From contig JANJGN010000041.1 of the NCBI GenBank assembly GCA_026770705.1, positions 5,456,001 through 5,520,000 on the forward strand: a stretch of 64,000 bases of DNA, read 5' to 3'. The notes under the pieces were generated by a model that was not told the origin of the DNA, made no database searches, and saw only the letters and a program-made list of their open reading frames with translations. How positions within the stretch are numbered: the stretch's first letter is position 1; every line of letters begins with the position of its first letter. A program made the translations under genes and the position numbers. Positions 48,466 to 61,489 of the stretch are shown piece after piece. Origin of the DNA: Isurus oxyrinchus. Taxonomy: Eukaryota.

Positions 48466-51400
48466 GTGGTCCGATTTCGGAAGACCTACGCTCCCCGAGT
48501 AGATATCTGGTTCTCATTATTCTGCTCATTTCAATTTCTAGCCCTGCACTTCCTGCTGTTGAAAACGCTGCTTCAAAATCTAACTGAATTACACTGAGAA
48601 TTGGAGTGGAGTGATAGTAAGAATTGTCGGACTTCCCTGTGGCTTTGGGAAACTCACATTGTCACGATACATGGTGGCCCTGACAGAGGGCCAGAGGAGC
48701 ATAGGAAATACGAGTAGAAGTCAACAATTTGGCAGCACGAGGGTGCTCCACTGCTCAAGTATACCATGGCTGAAATTATGCCTCCGCGATATTCCATGCA
48801 CTATTTCATACCTTTGTGTGCATTTAATATTTAGAATTCGGTTCATCAGCACTTTCAACATATTCAATGACTGCCCGTCAGCCGAGGTTGCTGTATATAA
48901 GTTCGAACATTTAACCTTACCTGAGTGATGAAATTCTTCCTCATCTCAGTTCCAAATTGCAGACCTCTTATTCTGATATTGCTTTTCCTGGTTTTAGACA
49001 CACCCGCTAGATGAAACATCCATTAAAGATCTACACCGCTGAAACTTATAAGAATGGTGAATGCTTCAGAGAGATCACTTCTGATTGGTAAAAGCTCCAG
49101 AAAGCAGAAGATGAGTCTCGTCAACGTCTCCACACAGGGTAACACCAGTTAAGTACCATTCCCAAGAAGTATTCTGTTTAACATTCCTAATCGCAGAGCA
49201 AGAACAACAAGTAATGAAATCTACACCGAAGGTGTAAAGTAGAATGTTTGAAAGCACCACAAACATCACCATAAAGAATCCACATGAAAATTACAAAGTT
49301 GGTTATACGCTGGGCTTTGGTTACAATTTGTGGCTGTGCACAAATCAGCTCCAGCTGATGGTCCACAGTCCCTCGTAAATGCAGAATTTTTAGTTCTTTA
49401 TCAAGGTGAATCCTACCCCATTTAGCACAATGGTTGCATCACAAAATTGCGGTGGATGGAAGCCCCGATATGAGGGCGGAATTAGTCTGTACGAGGACCA
49501 TGCCCAGGTCAATCTAATCAAGCATTGAATAGACAGATGGACATTTAGTGGGCAGGTTGGTGGAGCAAATTCAATAAGCTTTTTGCACCTGGTTCTTTCC
49601 CTGACCACCTGCCAAAGACCCTGTCTAGCACTTAACTTTATGACTCTGCCAGCTCGGTCATTAGTGGAGCTACCAATCCTTTCGTGCTCACAGACAACGA
49701 GGTCCCCGACGTAACTCACTTTTTTTTTCTTGTCACTCCCCAAAACGTCGGCCATTAATGATCATTAATTCATCCGCTGAGGGGAACGGTAGGTGGTCAC
49801 CAGGAGAGGACATTCATTGCCCATGTGATGTCATGAGATTTCATGTAATTACCACGTGCTCTGAAATGGTGCACACTGAAAGTGTTGCAACATGGTGCTT
49901 AGGAAAGCAGTAATGCAATTCAGCACAAGAAATTGGATGGTTGATTCAACTTTTACATAAGATTATTTCACTCAGATGTTTGCTGATGATTGATAAGAAC
50001 TTTAAAAGCAGTAAGAGGAATTATTCAGTTAGGGATAAAAAGCTTGATTCATTAAGTTTAAGAATATTTGCAAATCAAGAAGTCTTCTTTGTCCAGGATT
50101 AAGTCAATATCCTTGAACTCTCTTGGAGCGTAAATCATCTGGACAGGTGTAGCTTATCCCCTCACACTCCTGATTTGTGTACATCAGATGGAGGAAAGGT
50201 TTTGTAGAGTAAGGAGTTTCATTGCTCAACATAGTAAGCTCAGATTCTGACCAGCCCTTTTAGTCGCAATTTCTTGTCAATGGTTTTTCCAAGGATGTTG
50301 AAAATGGGGCCTGAAGCCTCTACATCAGCCTGTTTCTTCAGTCATTCCTTCAATTCAAGTGCTGAGAATCGCATTGTATAAAGACTGGCATCTGGGATGT
50401 TTGTCATCCATAGGAGGAGATCGGGATGGTGCATCCACCCGTTACTTCAGGGTGAATGTGGCTGCAAGTTCTACAGCCATGTATATGCACTGGTTCACTG
50501 TACTCCACAGTCATTGCCAATGGGGATATTGGTGGAAGCAGTCCAAAAGTGAGGTGCAGAACTTTCCACGACCGTTGAAGTCTTGTGTGACAGGACTTTA
50601 GAGCTGAGCTATCGTTATTTGCTAGGAGGATGATGGAGCCCTGTCTCTCTCATGCTGAATACGCTGTTTTGCCTGCAAGTAGCCCTGTCTTACAATTCAC
50701 CCGGTTAAGCCCTGTAGTTAGGTATGATCGCTGCTGATGTGGACATATGACAGATGTTGACAAAGTTCCTTCATTTGTGCATTTGACCTCGAAAGCCTGG
50801 AAGGATTAGTGCAGAAGTGGCATGGGAACACTCTTAGTTACAAAATCCTTTCCAAGTCACACACCAAACTGACTTGGAGAGACATAACATTTCCCTGACT
50901 GTCACTGGATCTAAAACCTGGAAATCCACCGCTCGAAGCATTGTGTCTGCACCAGCTTGACATGGACTGCAACATTAGAAAACCTCATTTTCAACGGGGA
51001 TTCGTGAAAATGGAAGTAAAAGTGCAATTCTTGTCAATATATCCAAAGAAAAGAAAATGTTGCATGATGACAAATCTATGACTATTGATAGCCTTTTTGT
51101 ATTGAAATGACGGCCCTGGCTGCTTCTTCCGTTCCCACTCAACAAAGATTATCTACAAAATCAATGTTTAAATACGAATTATATCCGGAGTACACTGGCC
51201 CCTAACTGAGAACGTATATTTTGATTTCAGTCCTCAATATTAAATCTTAAACCAGAAGGATTGCCTGGAATTTTCGTCCACACATCGCCCCCTCGCGTCC
51301 CAAGCCCCAAATTCCCCACTCTCCAACAGCCATCGCCCACAAAAATGCCGAATCCGCGCAAAGAACATTGACTTGCATCGTGTATGATGACGTCACGTAC

Positions 51401-52876
51401 TTGAATCTCCCAGATGCAGCTGGAGAACAGGCGGGCCCACCTTTTCCAAGTTAGTAATTAGCAAGTTATTGAGCTTGTGTATGACACAATCGTATGTTTT
51501 TTTTCATTGGTGCTCTGCACTTACCGTGGCCCAGAGGAGAGAGAAAAAAATATTTCTGGGCAGCTACCATCAGGCGAGAATCGCGAGGAAGACAGGTTAT
51601 GCCTCCGGGACCATGATTGAATGTAGCAACGGCTTGTGCTGGTGAAGCCTTCATGTTTACTTTTCAGGTTTTTATTTCTTGCCTGAGCTTTCAGGGAAAA
51701 TTATTTTTTGAAAATCAGTTTCTGAGAGCAAGTGATCTTGACCTTGCAGCCATACCGACTTGCTGCTTACAGTATTACTCTCTGCCACATGCTGTTCAGG
51801 CTTTCACTGCCGATTGGACGTGTCCCCACTTTGCATCACTCAATGCCTCCTCCAAGTGGGAATTTAATGAATTGCGGAGCGGGAGATGGTCTAAGGGAGG
51901 GTGAGTAGGAAAGGGCTGATTTTGCATTTCTCCAATCTCATGCTGCCCCCAAATGTAAAATCCAGACCGCTCTCTACTTATTGTATTGTTTCTTAATGAT
52001 CTTAAATCACGTTTAGCGGTTTGAACATGCGCCGGAAGATTTCTGTCACTTCTCTAGAGTAACTGTTGCTGTCGAGCCTGCAGCAATGTGCCATACACAC
52101 AAACACACTTCAGTGGATCACACTCGGAGTAGTGTTCGCCACAGCATTCACAAATTCACTGAAATGAATTAATCCTTAATGATCTGTTTTGAATGCAAAA
52201 TATGCCATTAGAAAATTGTTGTTTTGTTCTTAAATTGCGAATATAACATTGCTGTTAAAGTGCTATGGATTTGGGACCGTGGAGGAAACTCCATTGCTCT
52301 GTCGTTCTTCACACTCAGGTAACGAGTCTGCAGTAACGACACCAAGAGGCCCATGAACTGAAGTGCACTGCACCTGCTCCAGGTTCCTTTTCCTAAGCAC
52401 CGAAGCAATAACAGGTCAGAAGCAGATTGCAGTTGCAGAGAGCAATGGGTCCTTCTGTCGCGTTTATACATGTTGATTTCTCTAATTTATTTATCAGGGA
52501 ATAATGTTCATAATATATTTGATGACGGTATTCTTAATTTGCTAGCTAAATAGTTGATAATGGATTGAATAGGTCACTATTTCTTCAGTTGATCATTGAA
52601 TGGTTCATTTCTGGGGCATTTCAACGTTCAATTCGGAGGAAAATTCTGGGAATATACTGATAATTTATTGAATAATAGTTTTGATAATTAATTTGTTCAA
52701 ACATTGGCTGCTTCATTACACAATTGTTTAAATTACTGTATTTTTTAAGCCCTTTCCTTATTTACAGTGCTGGCCAGTAGAGTTTCAAGTGCTGATAATT
52801 TGACTAAGAATCTTTGTATAATTCACAATAGTGCACGGATAATTATGCCTCTCAGTTTAAATGCACGTTATTATAG

Positions 52877-52878
<2 letters not shown>

Positions 52879-52932
<54 letters not shown>
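52879..52932. repeat. (AT)27 microsatellite
   Basis: Perfect AT dinucleotide run. Confidence 0.98.
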
Positions 52933-52935
<3 letters not shown>

Positions 52936-55445
52936 GTTTGATCAAATAATAATAGGTATTGGGTAAATGAAGTTCAATTTTAATTTTTAACAATTACTTC
53001 AAGCTGCAATTGTGTCAAAAAAGCTTTGATTAATAATGCTTCCATCTTTTCCAGTGTATCCTACATGGTCAACAGAAACTCAAACCTTAATTTTTTATCA
53101 ATTGCCTGGCGTTTTCAGTGTTGTTTTTGATTTTCTTTGACAGCTCCATTAAGGCAATGACTGTTTGCTGCTTGCATTCGAGTTAGAAAACTGTAAATCG
53201 AAGGTTGCCAAGGTGGCTGTGTATTTAACGCAAATAGGTTTTTTTTGTTTGTGTGGTCAAAGCTTGCCAACTTACAATCTGATCCAAAAATGTAAAGACG
53301 CTGTTTATCTTTATCCGACTAATTTGTTTTTCATCATTCAACGTTCATCTGAATCATTAACCAACAACTTACTGAAATAATATGATCCAAAATGTTACTT
53401 CACCACCCCGTTAACAGACGTTCAATGCATTGTTTTTCAATAAGTTCAAGTTTGCGAAAACTCTCCGTTCAGTCTGCACCATGTTGCATAGCCATGAAAC
53501 CAGTTGGTACTTGAAATAAATCTCTACCTACTCGTCCCATTATTTTGAGAATGTGCATTTTCCATTCCCTATTCTGTGCCTCACGAATCTGACCAGAGAT
53601 TTCAGTTGGAAGGCGATTCAGCACCATTGTCACAGCCATGTCATCCTATCCTATAGCATCACCACCTGAACTACAACGAAAATTTCAGCAGCGATCCGAT
53701 TTCCTACTTGCGATAATAATTCAGGCTAGTGTTATTTACCTTGCTTTAAAATGCAGGAATTAATTTAGTAAATGTGCGCATCAAGTTGTTACATATCTGG
53801 CAGCTAAAAATTAGATTCACTTAGAAAATCTATTCTTCAAAATTCAAGTGGACCTTTACTAAGTAAACGACAGAAATCGTAATGCAATCTGTGAGTCACG
53901 TCAATTTCGCTTGAATTGTATAAATCATTTTATTTAATCCGTCTAAATGTCTGTCTGAAGTTAATCTTCTGCAGAATAATGCACCATTGAATATCTTGGC
54001 CTATTCCCTAAAAAGGATCCTGCATTTTGAAAAAAAAAAGCGATATGGATTTTAACAAATAAGGCAACCGTTTTATGAGCCTGCCCAATCTGAAATGAAT
54101 TCAAACATGGGGCTGGTAGGAGTTAGGTGTTTATCGTCACGTATTCGACAATTTGTAATTTCATTTTTCTGAACATCTATTAGTCTACAGAATCAAATCG
54201 ATGTGCCCTTCACTGTCAATCGTTATCCCGCACTTTGTGCCCAGCAAAAATCAATTTTCAGCTTCACATTTAAAATCACTTCACACGGATGCTGTGCTTG
54301 GGACGCAAGCGTCTCCCTCCTGACCTTTCAGCAACTAAGTGATTTGTTTTGCAGCCGATCAATTATTGGGAACTCTGTCCTGTCTACTTGGAAGCAAAAC
54401 ACTAGTTATGACGTCGCTAGGATCACATCTCCGAATGGCTCAGTAACTTTGCTTTGCAAGAAATGTGCCCCTATGGCCAATAAATATTGCACACTCAATC
54501 TGATAGCAAAGTCACCCTTCCCAATCAGCAATTAAAATGCCCTCTTTTTCAGTACTGAATGCACACATTCTGCGTAGCAATGTTGTTTTACTCATTCTGC
54601 AATAAATTAGCGATGCATTCACATGAAATATTCACAATGCCCAGCCAGCATATCAATCTCAGATTACTCAGTCTAACATAAAGCACATGACTGATCAGAT
54701 CTCATCACCGAATAAAACTTCTCCCTGGGAACCTGCATAAGAACGTCACCTAATACTGATTGCCATTGTACCGCTCCTCTGATGACACCTGTGTAAACTA
54801 GCGTTCAGCCTTATCTATGCTGGTCTTTTATGTAGCTCAGTGACCATTTTCTGGTCCTTTGCCTTTACCATTTCATCTTTACTCTCACAAGCGTTCAAAG
54901 TCTGTTCGTGCCGCTGGGCAATATCTTACCTTCAAGCTGCAGGTCCTGTAGCACAGTAAACCTTCCCAGTACTTATTCACATCTATAGACCACCCAGCAC
55001 GCCTTTCTCCACTCCCTCTTCCAGAGTATAACTCTTCCAGGCCTAGATTCTATTTTGTGCCTTAATTTCCCCACTTCGCATTGTACCAACACATAAGAGT
55101 TGACTCTGTAGACCTCCCCCTTGCCTTTTAATATTCACCATGCCATTTGTTTGTGTGTAATCAATTTTTCCAGGTCACATTCGCCCTCAGCAACCTCAAT
55201 CATTATTATACAATTGTTATCCAGTTTACATTGAAGATGTTGCTTTCAAACGACGAAGTATCAAATGATGTTTTTCGTCCCTATCAAATTTAAGTAGGCC
55301 CAGTTTACATTTAGAACATGCTCGCCTCGGAAAGCTGACTGTGCATTGTTTGGTCAAATGAACGATCCTTTGCTGCAACAGGAAGAAAATTATTCACGTT
55401 CATCCGTGTCATCTATCTCCTGCTCTCTCTATCCCTCTCTTACAG

Positions 55446-56383
55446 TTAATGTTGTTGCGATTGTGATTCTTTCACGAGGAAAGTGTGGCCTTTCCAAAGG
55501 TATTACCCAGTATATGATCGCCATGGCTGCTGCAGATCTCCTGGTTGTTTGTGCAGAAGTCATACTGAAGAATATATTGGAAATTTATTTACCTGTTTCA
55601 TTTTTGACCATGAGCACAATGTGCATTCTAACTGTGACTCTGACTTATGTAGTCACATCAGCCTCTCTCTGGTTCACAGTGGCGTTCACCTTCGATCGTT
55701 TTGTGGTCATATGCTGTAAGAAGCTACGAAAAAAATATTGCACGGAGACAACAGCAGTAGCTGTCATATCAGTAGTGAGTGTTTTGAGTTGTTTGATAAA
55801 CATTCCCTGGTACTTCGCATTTGAACCTGCGTATATAATGGACAATGTAAATTGTGGTTGTGTCGTAAAACAGACATTTTTCATTTCTGCTGAATGGGCC
55901 GTATTTGACATGTTTACCGTTACCTTGACCCCATGTGTTCCATTCATTCTAATTTTGTTGCTAAATGTTTTGACGGCAAGACGTATTTTGGCGGCCAGTA
56001 AAGTTCGCAGGGGTCTCCGCAGTTGCAGCAATGGAGAACATCACAAGGATTCTGAAATAGAAAGCCGAAGAACATCCATTATTTTACTCTTCAGTATAAC
56101 AGCCAGCTTTATATTGCTCTGGACAACTCCGCTTATATATATTTTGTCACTGCGTGTATCCATCACATCAAATTCTGGCACAAATGAGCTTGAGTCAGTT
56201 GGATCCATGCTTGGGATCCTCAGTTGCTGCACAAATACATTCATTTATGTGCTGACACAGGCTAAGTTTAGGGAGGAGCTGAAGAACGGAATGCAGTACC
56301 TTGTGAAACTGTGCGTAAACATAGGCAAATTACAGCTGCGAACACATTGTTCTTTACAGGAGGACAGAAACTTTCTGCCCTGA
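55446..56383 (+). CDS. Orphan class A GPCR, GPR139/GPR142-like (gene B), main coding exon; spliced product 335 aa
   Basis: Acceptor ctctcttacag|tt at 55444-55445. Motifs MAAADLLV, FTFDRF, INIPWYF, ECL2 Cys (CGCVV), SFILLWTTP, SCCTNTFIY, KFREELK. Stop TGA at 56381-56383. About 80% amino-acid identity to gene A by manual alignment. Confidence 0.92.
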
Positions 56384-56538
56384 AAGAACTCATGTTAGCG
56401 AAATGCTTGTAGAAGCGTTTAAGCGCTCTGGATAATATAATATCCTCCTAAAAATGTTCACTTATGATATAATGTCAAATTGGACTTTTCAAAGTATACT
56501 GTAATCTAAGGTGAATTGTAAGTTGTGATAATAATAAG

Positions 56539-56554
56539 AATAAATAATAATAAA
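56539..56554 (+). promoter_or_regulatory. Candidate polyadenylation signals of GPCR gene B
   Basis: AATAAA at 56539 and 56549, homologous to those after gene A. Confidence 0.45.
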
Positions 56555-59500
56555 AATACAGAACCGCACCTGTTAGTGTTGCAGAGTTTAAAAGGGTCAA
56601 ATCTGATGCCAGGTTCCCACAGTCTTCTGTTCATTGGAAGAGCTGTTCTGATCAACATGAGAATACCCGAAACATCACCAGTACATGGGGGAATATTCAG
56701 AACAGGTTTTATGAAGTCTGGTACTCTCCAAATATCCAACAGTTGCACAATCAGCTGCTTCTCAGAGTTCCAAAGAACTCGAATGATTAAAACAAGGAAG
56801 GCATGGTCATCACGTGTTTTGTAAAACGACGGTTATTGGCGCAATTGATCACTCATTCCCACGCTCCATAGGGCTGAGACGAATCCATATATTGTATTCA
56901 AATCTATTAAATCCAATTTTCCTACGATTCGTTTGAAACCACTAATAGCTCATACTTGTTTTTCCTCGATTAATGAGGCTACCTCCTCTCCACATGCTCA
57001 TTCACAACACTGTCTGTTGCATGTTATCTGGTGCCTCCAAATAGCTGTGATCATATTTCTTTAATATGTTTGACTTGATAGCCATTCATCAATAACACGT
57101 GTGACGCTTCAACCAGGTACCTGCACGAATTCCCAGCCAAGAAACATCTGATCACACATGGCCCTACCATCAACTTCCTTCTTTGTACACCTATGCATAC
57201 TGAATTTAAAAAAAAATGTAATGTAATTCTTCTCGTCCCATATTCTTATCATTTACTTAGCTTAAATGCCGTTCGTAGAATGCAACCATAGATAGACCAC
57301 AGCACAAAAGCAGACCATTTGTCCCTTCCTTTCCTTATTGTACCACTTCAGGAAGATGCAACCTGTAGGCATTCCACCAGTTACTCTCTGTTATCTGGGT
57401 CATTCGCTTTTCTCAGATATTAATCCAAAATCCTGTTGATCATTCTTAATTAACCACCCCAATCACCCGGTAAAATGATTGGCCAGAACAACTGCCAATT
57501 AAAACAGCATTAAATAGAAAACTACAACCGCTGTCCTTGAATAAATTCACGTTTAAAACAAGACAGATTCGGTCATGGCATGAGTGGCACAGCTGGCAAG
57601 AAAAGCAATTATTGCCAATCTTTAATTGCTATTACAGCAAAGCATACGTGATCCTTAGTTTCAAGCAGCTACAGTGTTTCTGATGTCTTCGCAAAGGCTG
57701 CTTAGGGTCTTAATTATTAATTGCCCACTCAGCCGGCCCAGCTACCACTCTTTTCTAAATGCTTGATCTCGCCTTTTGACAACTGCACTTTCTAAATAAC
57801 CACCCGACCGCTCAGCTTCCAGTCCTTTTAGTTCCTCAAGGAACCGGAGTTTCGCAAAATAGTGTCCGAGTCTCAACTGAATTTAGTTCCCTCAACAATG
57901 ACCTCCTCTCGATCTTAAGTTCGGAAATGGGAATGTTCGCTCATTGTTGCACAATGTTCAACACAATTCGTGACTCCTGAGATAATGAGGTTGTCCTTTC
58001 CCAAATGCAGCATCTTCAGGCTTTGGCTGACATGTGGCCAAGGACGCTCACACCATACAAGCAACTGGCAATGACTATCTCAAAAAGAAAAAATCAAGCC
58101 ATCGCCCTTCGACGTCCAATGGCATTACCATCGCCCAAAGTCGCATTTGCAACATTCTAACGGATATCATTGACCAGAAACAACATAACTGGATTGGCCA
58201 TATAAACATAACGTCTACCATTGCAGTTCAGATGCAAGGAATCCCGCGGCGAGTAACATACCTCCTGACTCCCCAATTCCTTTCCACCGTCTGCAAGGCA
58301 GAAGATAGGATTGTGCTGGTATACTCTCCACTTGCTTAGATGCGTGCAGCTTCAATAGCAGTCAAGAAGAATGATAAAATCTTGGACAAATCAGCCGTTG
58401 ATTGACACCACATGAAAAAACGTTGACTCTCTCCACCACCGATGAACAATGGCATCAGGGTTTATTACCTGCAAGGTGCACTGCAGGAATTCTCGAAATC
58501 ACCTTAGACATTACAGTCCAAGCCCACGACCACAACCATATGGAAGGATAATGGGCAGCAGGTGCATGGGAACACAATGCTTTGTAAGTTCCACTCCAAG
58601 CTACTCCCCAGCCTGATTTGAAATTATCTACCTGCCCCTTCATTGCTGTTGGGTCAAATTCAATGGAACTCCATCCATAACTGCAGTATGGGTATAGGAT
58701 TACCAGAGGGATTGAGGCGATTCAAGAAGGCAGCTAAGCAGCACGTTCTCTAGAGTACCTACGTCTGGACACTAAATGTGGTGTGAACAATTGACGCCAA
58801 CACCCTCTTAACGGATAAAAATAAACTATCATTTTGTCTGTGGCTACACAGCTACTGTGCATCCCATTTCTCTGTTCTAATATAGTTCTAATTGCATGTA
58901 ATTGGCAAGTGACCCCTCCCACTCCCACAACCCGCGCCTCTGTCCTCTTTAATGAGCCTAAATGTTCTTAAGCAGCATTATCTGTGATAATTTGTCTATT
59001 AATATCTGAAAATCCTCTAGGGCATGTATTCTCTTCATTAATCTTCTCTGTTGTAATATCAAAATGCAACTAGTTTGTTGAAGCATGTTCTTATTTTAAG
59101 GCATGGTGTTATAAACCATTGATCATTCTTAATTAAATTCAATAGTTTCCAATTCCCGGCTAGACTCTTGACAGTCAGGACAGGTGTATTTACTCTTTTA
59201 CTGCAGCAGCTGAACAGTGAGAGCAGAGATTGAGAGAGAGCTTGGAGCTGAGAACAAACAGGTGATTTTTCTTTTAAGGGGTCGTTGAGTCACGAGGGCA
59301 GAAATATAAAAAGAGCGGGAGCCGGGTTGCCAGAGGAGAGATTGAAAAAGAGCTAGAGGGAGATAGTCAAAGCCCAGATTAGAAAGTGGCTGACCTCCCA
59401 TAACAGAGTTCAAACCAATGGGAGCTAGATAATTTAAAACTTAAAGGCGGTCTTCTCCCAGAGCAGTGATTTATAAAAGTTCAGGATCTAAATAGCTAGA

Positions 59501-60139
59501 ACATACTTTAATAAGAAGCAGGAAGTATTAGCTAGGACACGGATGGGGTGGGAATTAACAAGTGAGGTTGATAGGAATCCATTGCAATAAGACATGGAGA
59601 GTCTACCTGAATAGGCAGGGGATTAGCAGAGGCAATTTAATGCGTTAAAATATAAAATCTTACAATTTGGCAGAAGGGGTAGTGAGGGGGAATAAAGACG
59701 CAATGTCACTGAATTTGATAGAATGGATGGTCAAATGTGCATAGGCTTTGATCTTTGATTGTGGTAGACAGATCCTTGCCTCGGGTATGGAGAATTGCAG
59801 CGACAACACCTGGCACCGTACTTTGGGGGAGGGATATGGACTGCACTGGGTGACCTTTGAATATGGACGACCTTTCATTTCTGAGTAAGTTTTAAGGTGT
59901 CTGTTTAAGAGAAATAAATGAGCGCCCTATTCATATTTCGGTTTCAATGACTATCACGATCAGAGACAGAGAAAATGGGGGAATGGTGCTCGGGTGCGGA
60001 GAAAATGCAGAAAAAAATAGGATATGATAAGACCCTGAAATGTTCTCCAGAAAACTAGAAGGCTTTGAAAAGTTTTTCGGCACGTCTGCAAAATATTGCA
60101 TTAAGGCACTTCAGCGAATGTACCAGCGAAGAGCCTGGT

Positions 60140-61400
60140 GCACATGAAAAATCGCTGATGTGGCTTCTTGATTCCGCTGCAAATTGTACGTCTCAGAAAC
60201 CGCCCAGATATGATGGAAGGAATGCTGCAGTGCCTGGAAACATTGCAATGACAGTTGGCAATGTCATCGAATTATCTAAGGAGCAAGATCGAAATCCAAC
60301 AAATTGAATTAGCACAAAGTCAAGGTTCCCAGAAATGAAGGCACCAGATGAGTAAGCGCAGGGATAAATAAATAAGGTGAAGAAAGAATGGCAAGCAACT
60401 TTGACAGGCATTATTGCAGTCGTCCAGCTCCAGTTGATCATAACTCAGAATTTCGATGAACAAATGCAACACCTTATGAACACAGCAATGAAACCTTCCT
60501 TGGATTAATTGTCATTAGAGCTAAATTCGACCCAATGATACAAGGATATGTCCCATGCATTAAAAACTAATACAATCCTGACCATTTTCTTTGACCTCGC
60601 AGTCAAAAAGAACTAATTTCGACGATGGCATCGCAGGTGAAGAAAATACACATAATTGTAATGGTGAAAGCTGCAAAACACGTTGTGCTTATGCTTGACG
60701 GTACCGCTGGTCTGAGTGATGAAGATCAGATATTCGTTGTGCTTCTTTAGGTTGATCTGACCTCTGAAGATGTGAATCGAAGGGAGTATTTGATTCAGTT
60801 TCTGCTGATTCAAGAGAACATTTTGCAAGGCCTAATTTTGTCAATGATGCGCCAGATGGGCGAGGACGTTAGAGCACTGACTGCAAGAGGCAGTGACATA
60901 ACAATCGGCTAAACATTAAGGATCAGAAACAAAGGTATAGTGCTGCCCCCTTCATCACAACCATCGGGGTTTGTTAACTCCAAGAGGCTGCCACAAATTG
61001 GAAGATATAGTAAAGTATACTTCTAAAACCACCGCATTCTTTTGGAGCTGTGCCGCGAATTTGAGTAAGTATTTCAGTTTGAAATAATGGTTGACATATA
61101 TTGAGAGCAGATGCTTCCTGTGTAACGATAAAGTCGTTTTCAGACTGTTGGTGGCATGTTTAACGCAGAATGGAAATGCAATCTGTTCCAAAACAGCTGA
61201 TATCAGTATGAAATTGATTACAGTTGCTGAAGAATGTCACAACTCAAATGTTAATATAGAGGCATATTCCAGGATCAACGACGAAGATGAAGCTTTCGAA
61301 TTTCGCTTTGCAATGGTTGAGTGGTAGGACAGCATATTCGCTACAAGCATTGTGACTCAGAACATTCAATCCTTCAAAATGCAGCTTCGTGTGGCTTTAG
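60140..61400 (+). mobile_element. Fossil hAT-superfamily transposase (paralog of 11490-12760)
   Basis: Remnants EWQATLTGIIAVVQL, FLGLIVIRAKFDPM, DCKRQ..NRLNIKDQKQR, FEFRFAMVEW. Confidence 0.8.
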
Positions 61401-61489
61401 TATTTCGGAGGGATAGGCGAAATGAAAAGCAGGCTGCATAGCACTCTTAATAACGGAATATATTATTGTTAAGAGCGGATCTTTCATCA

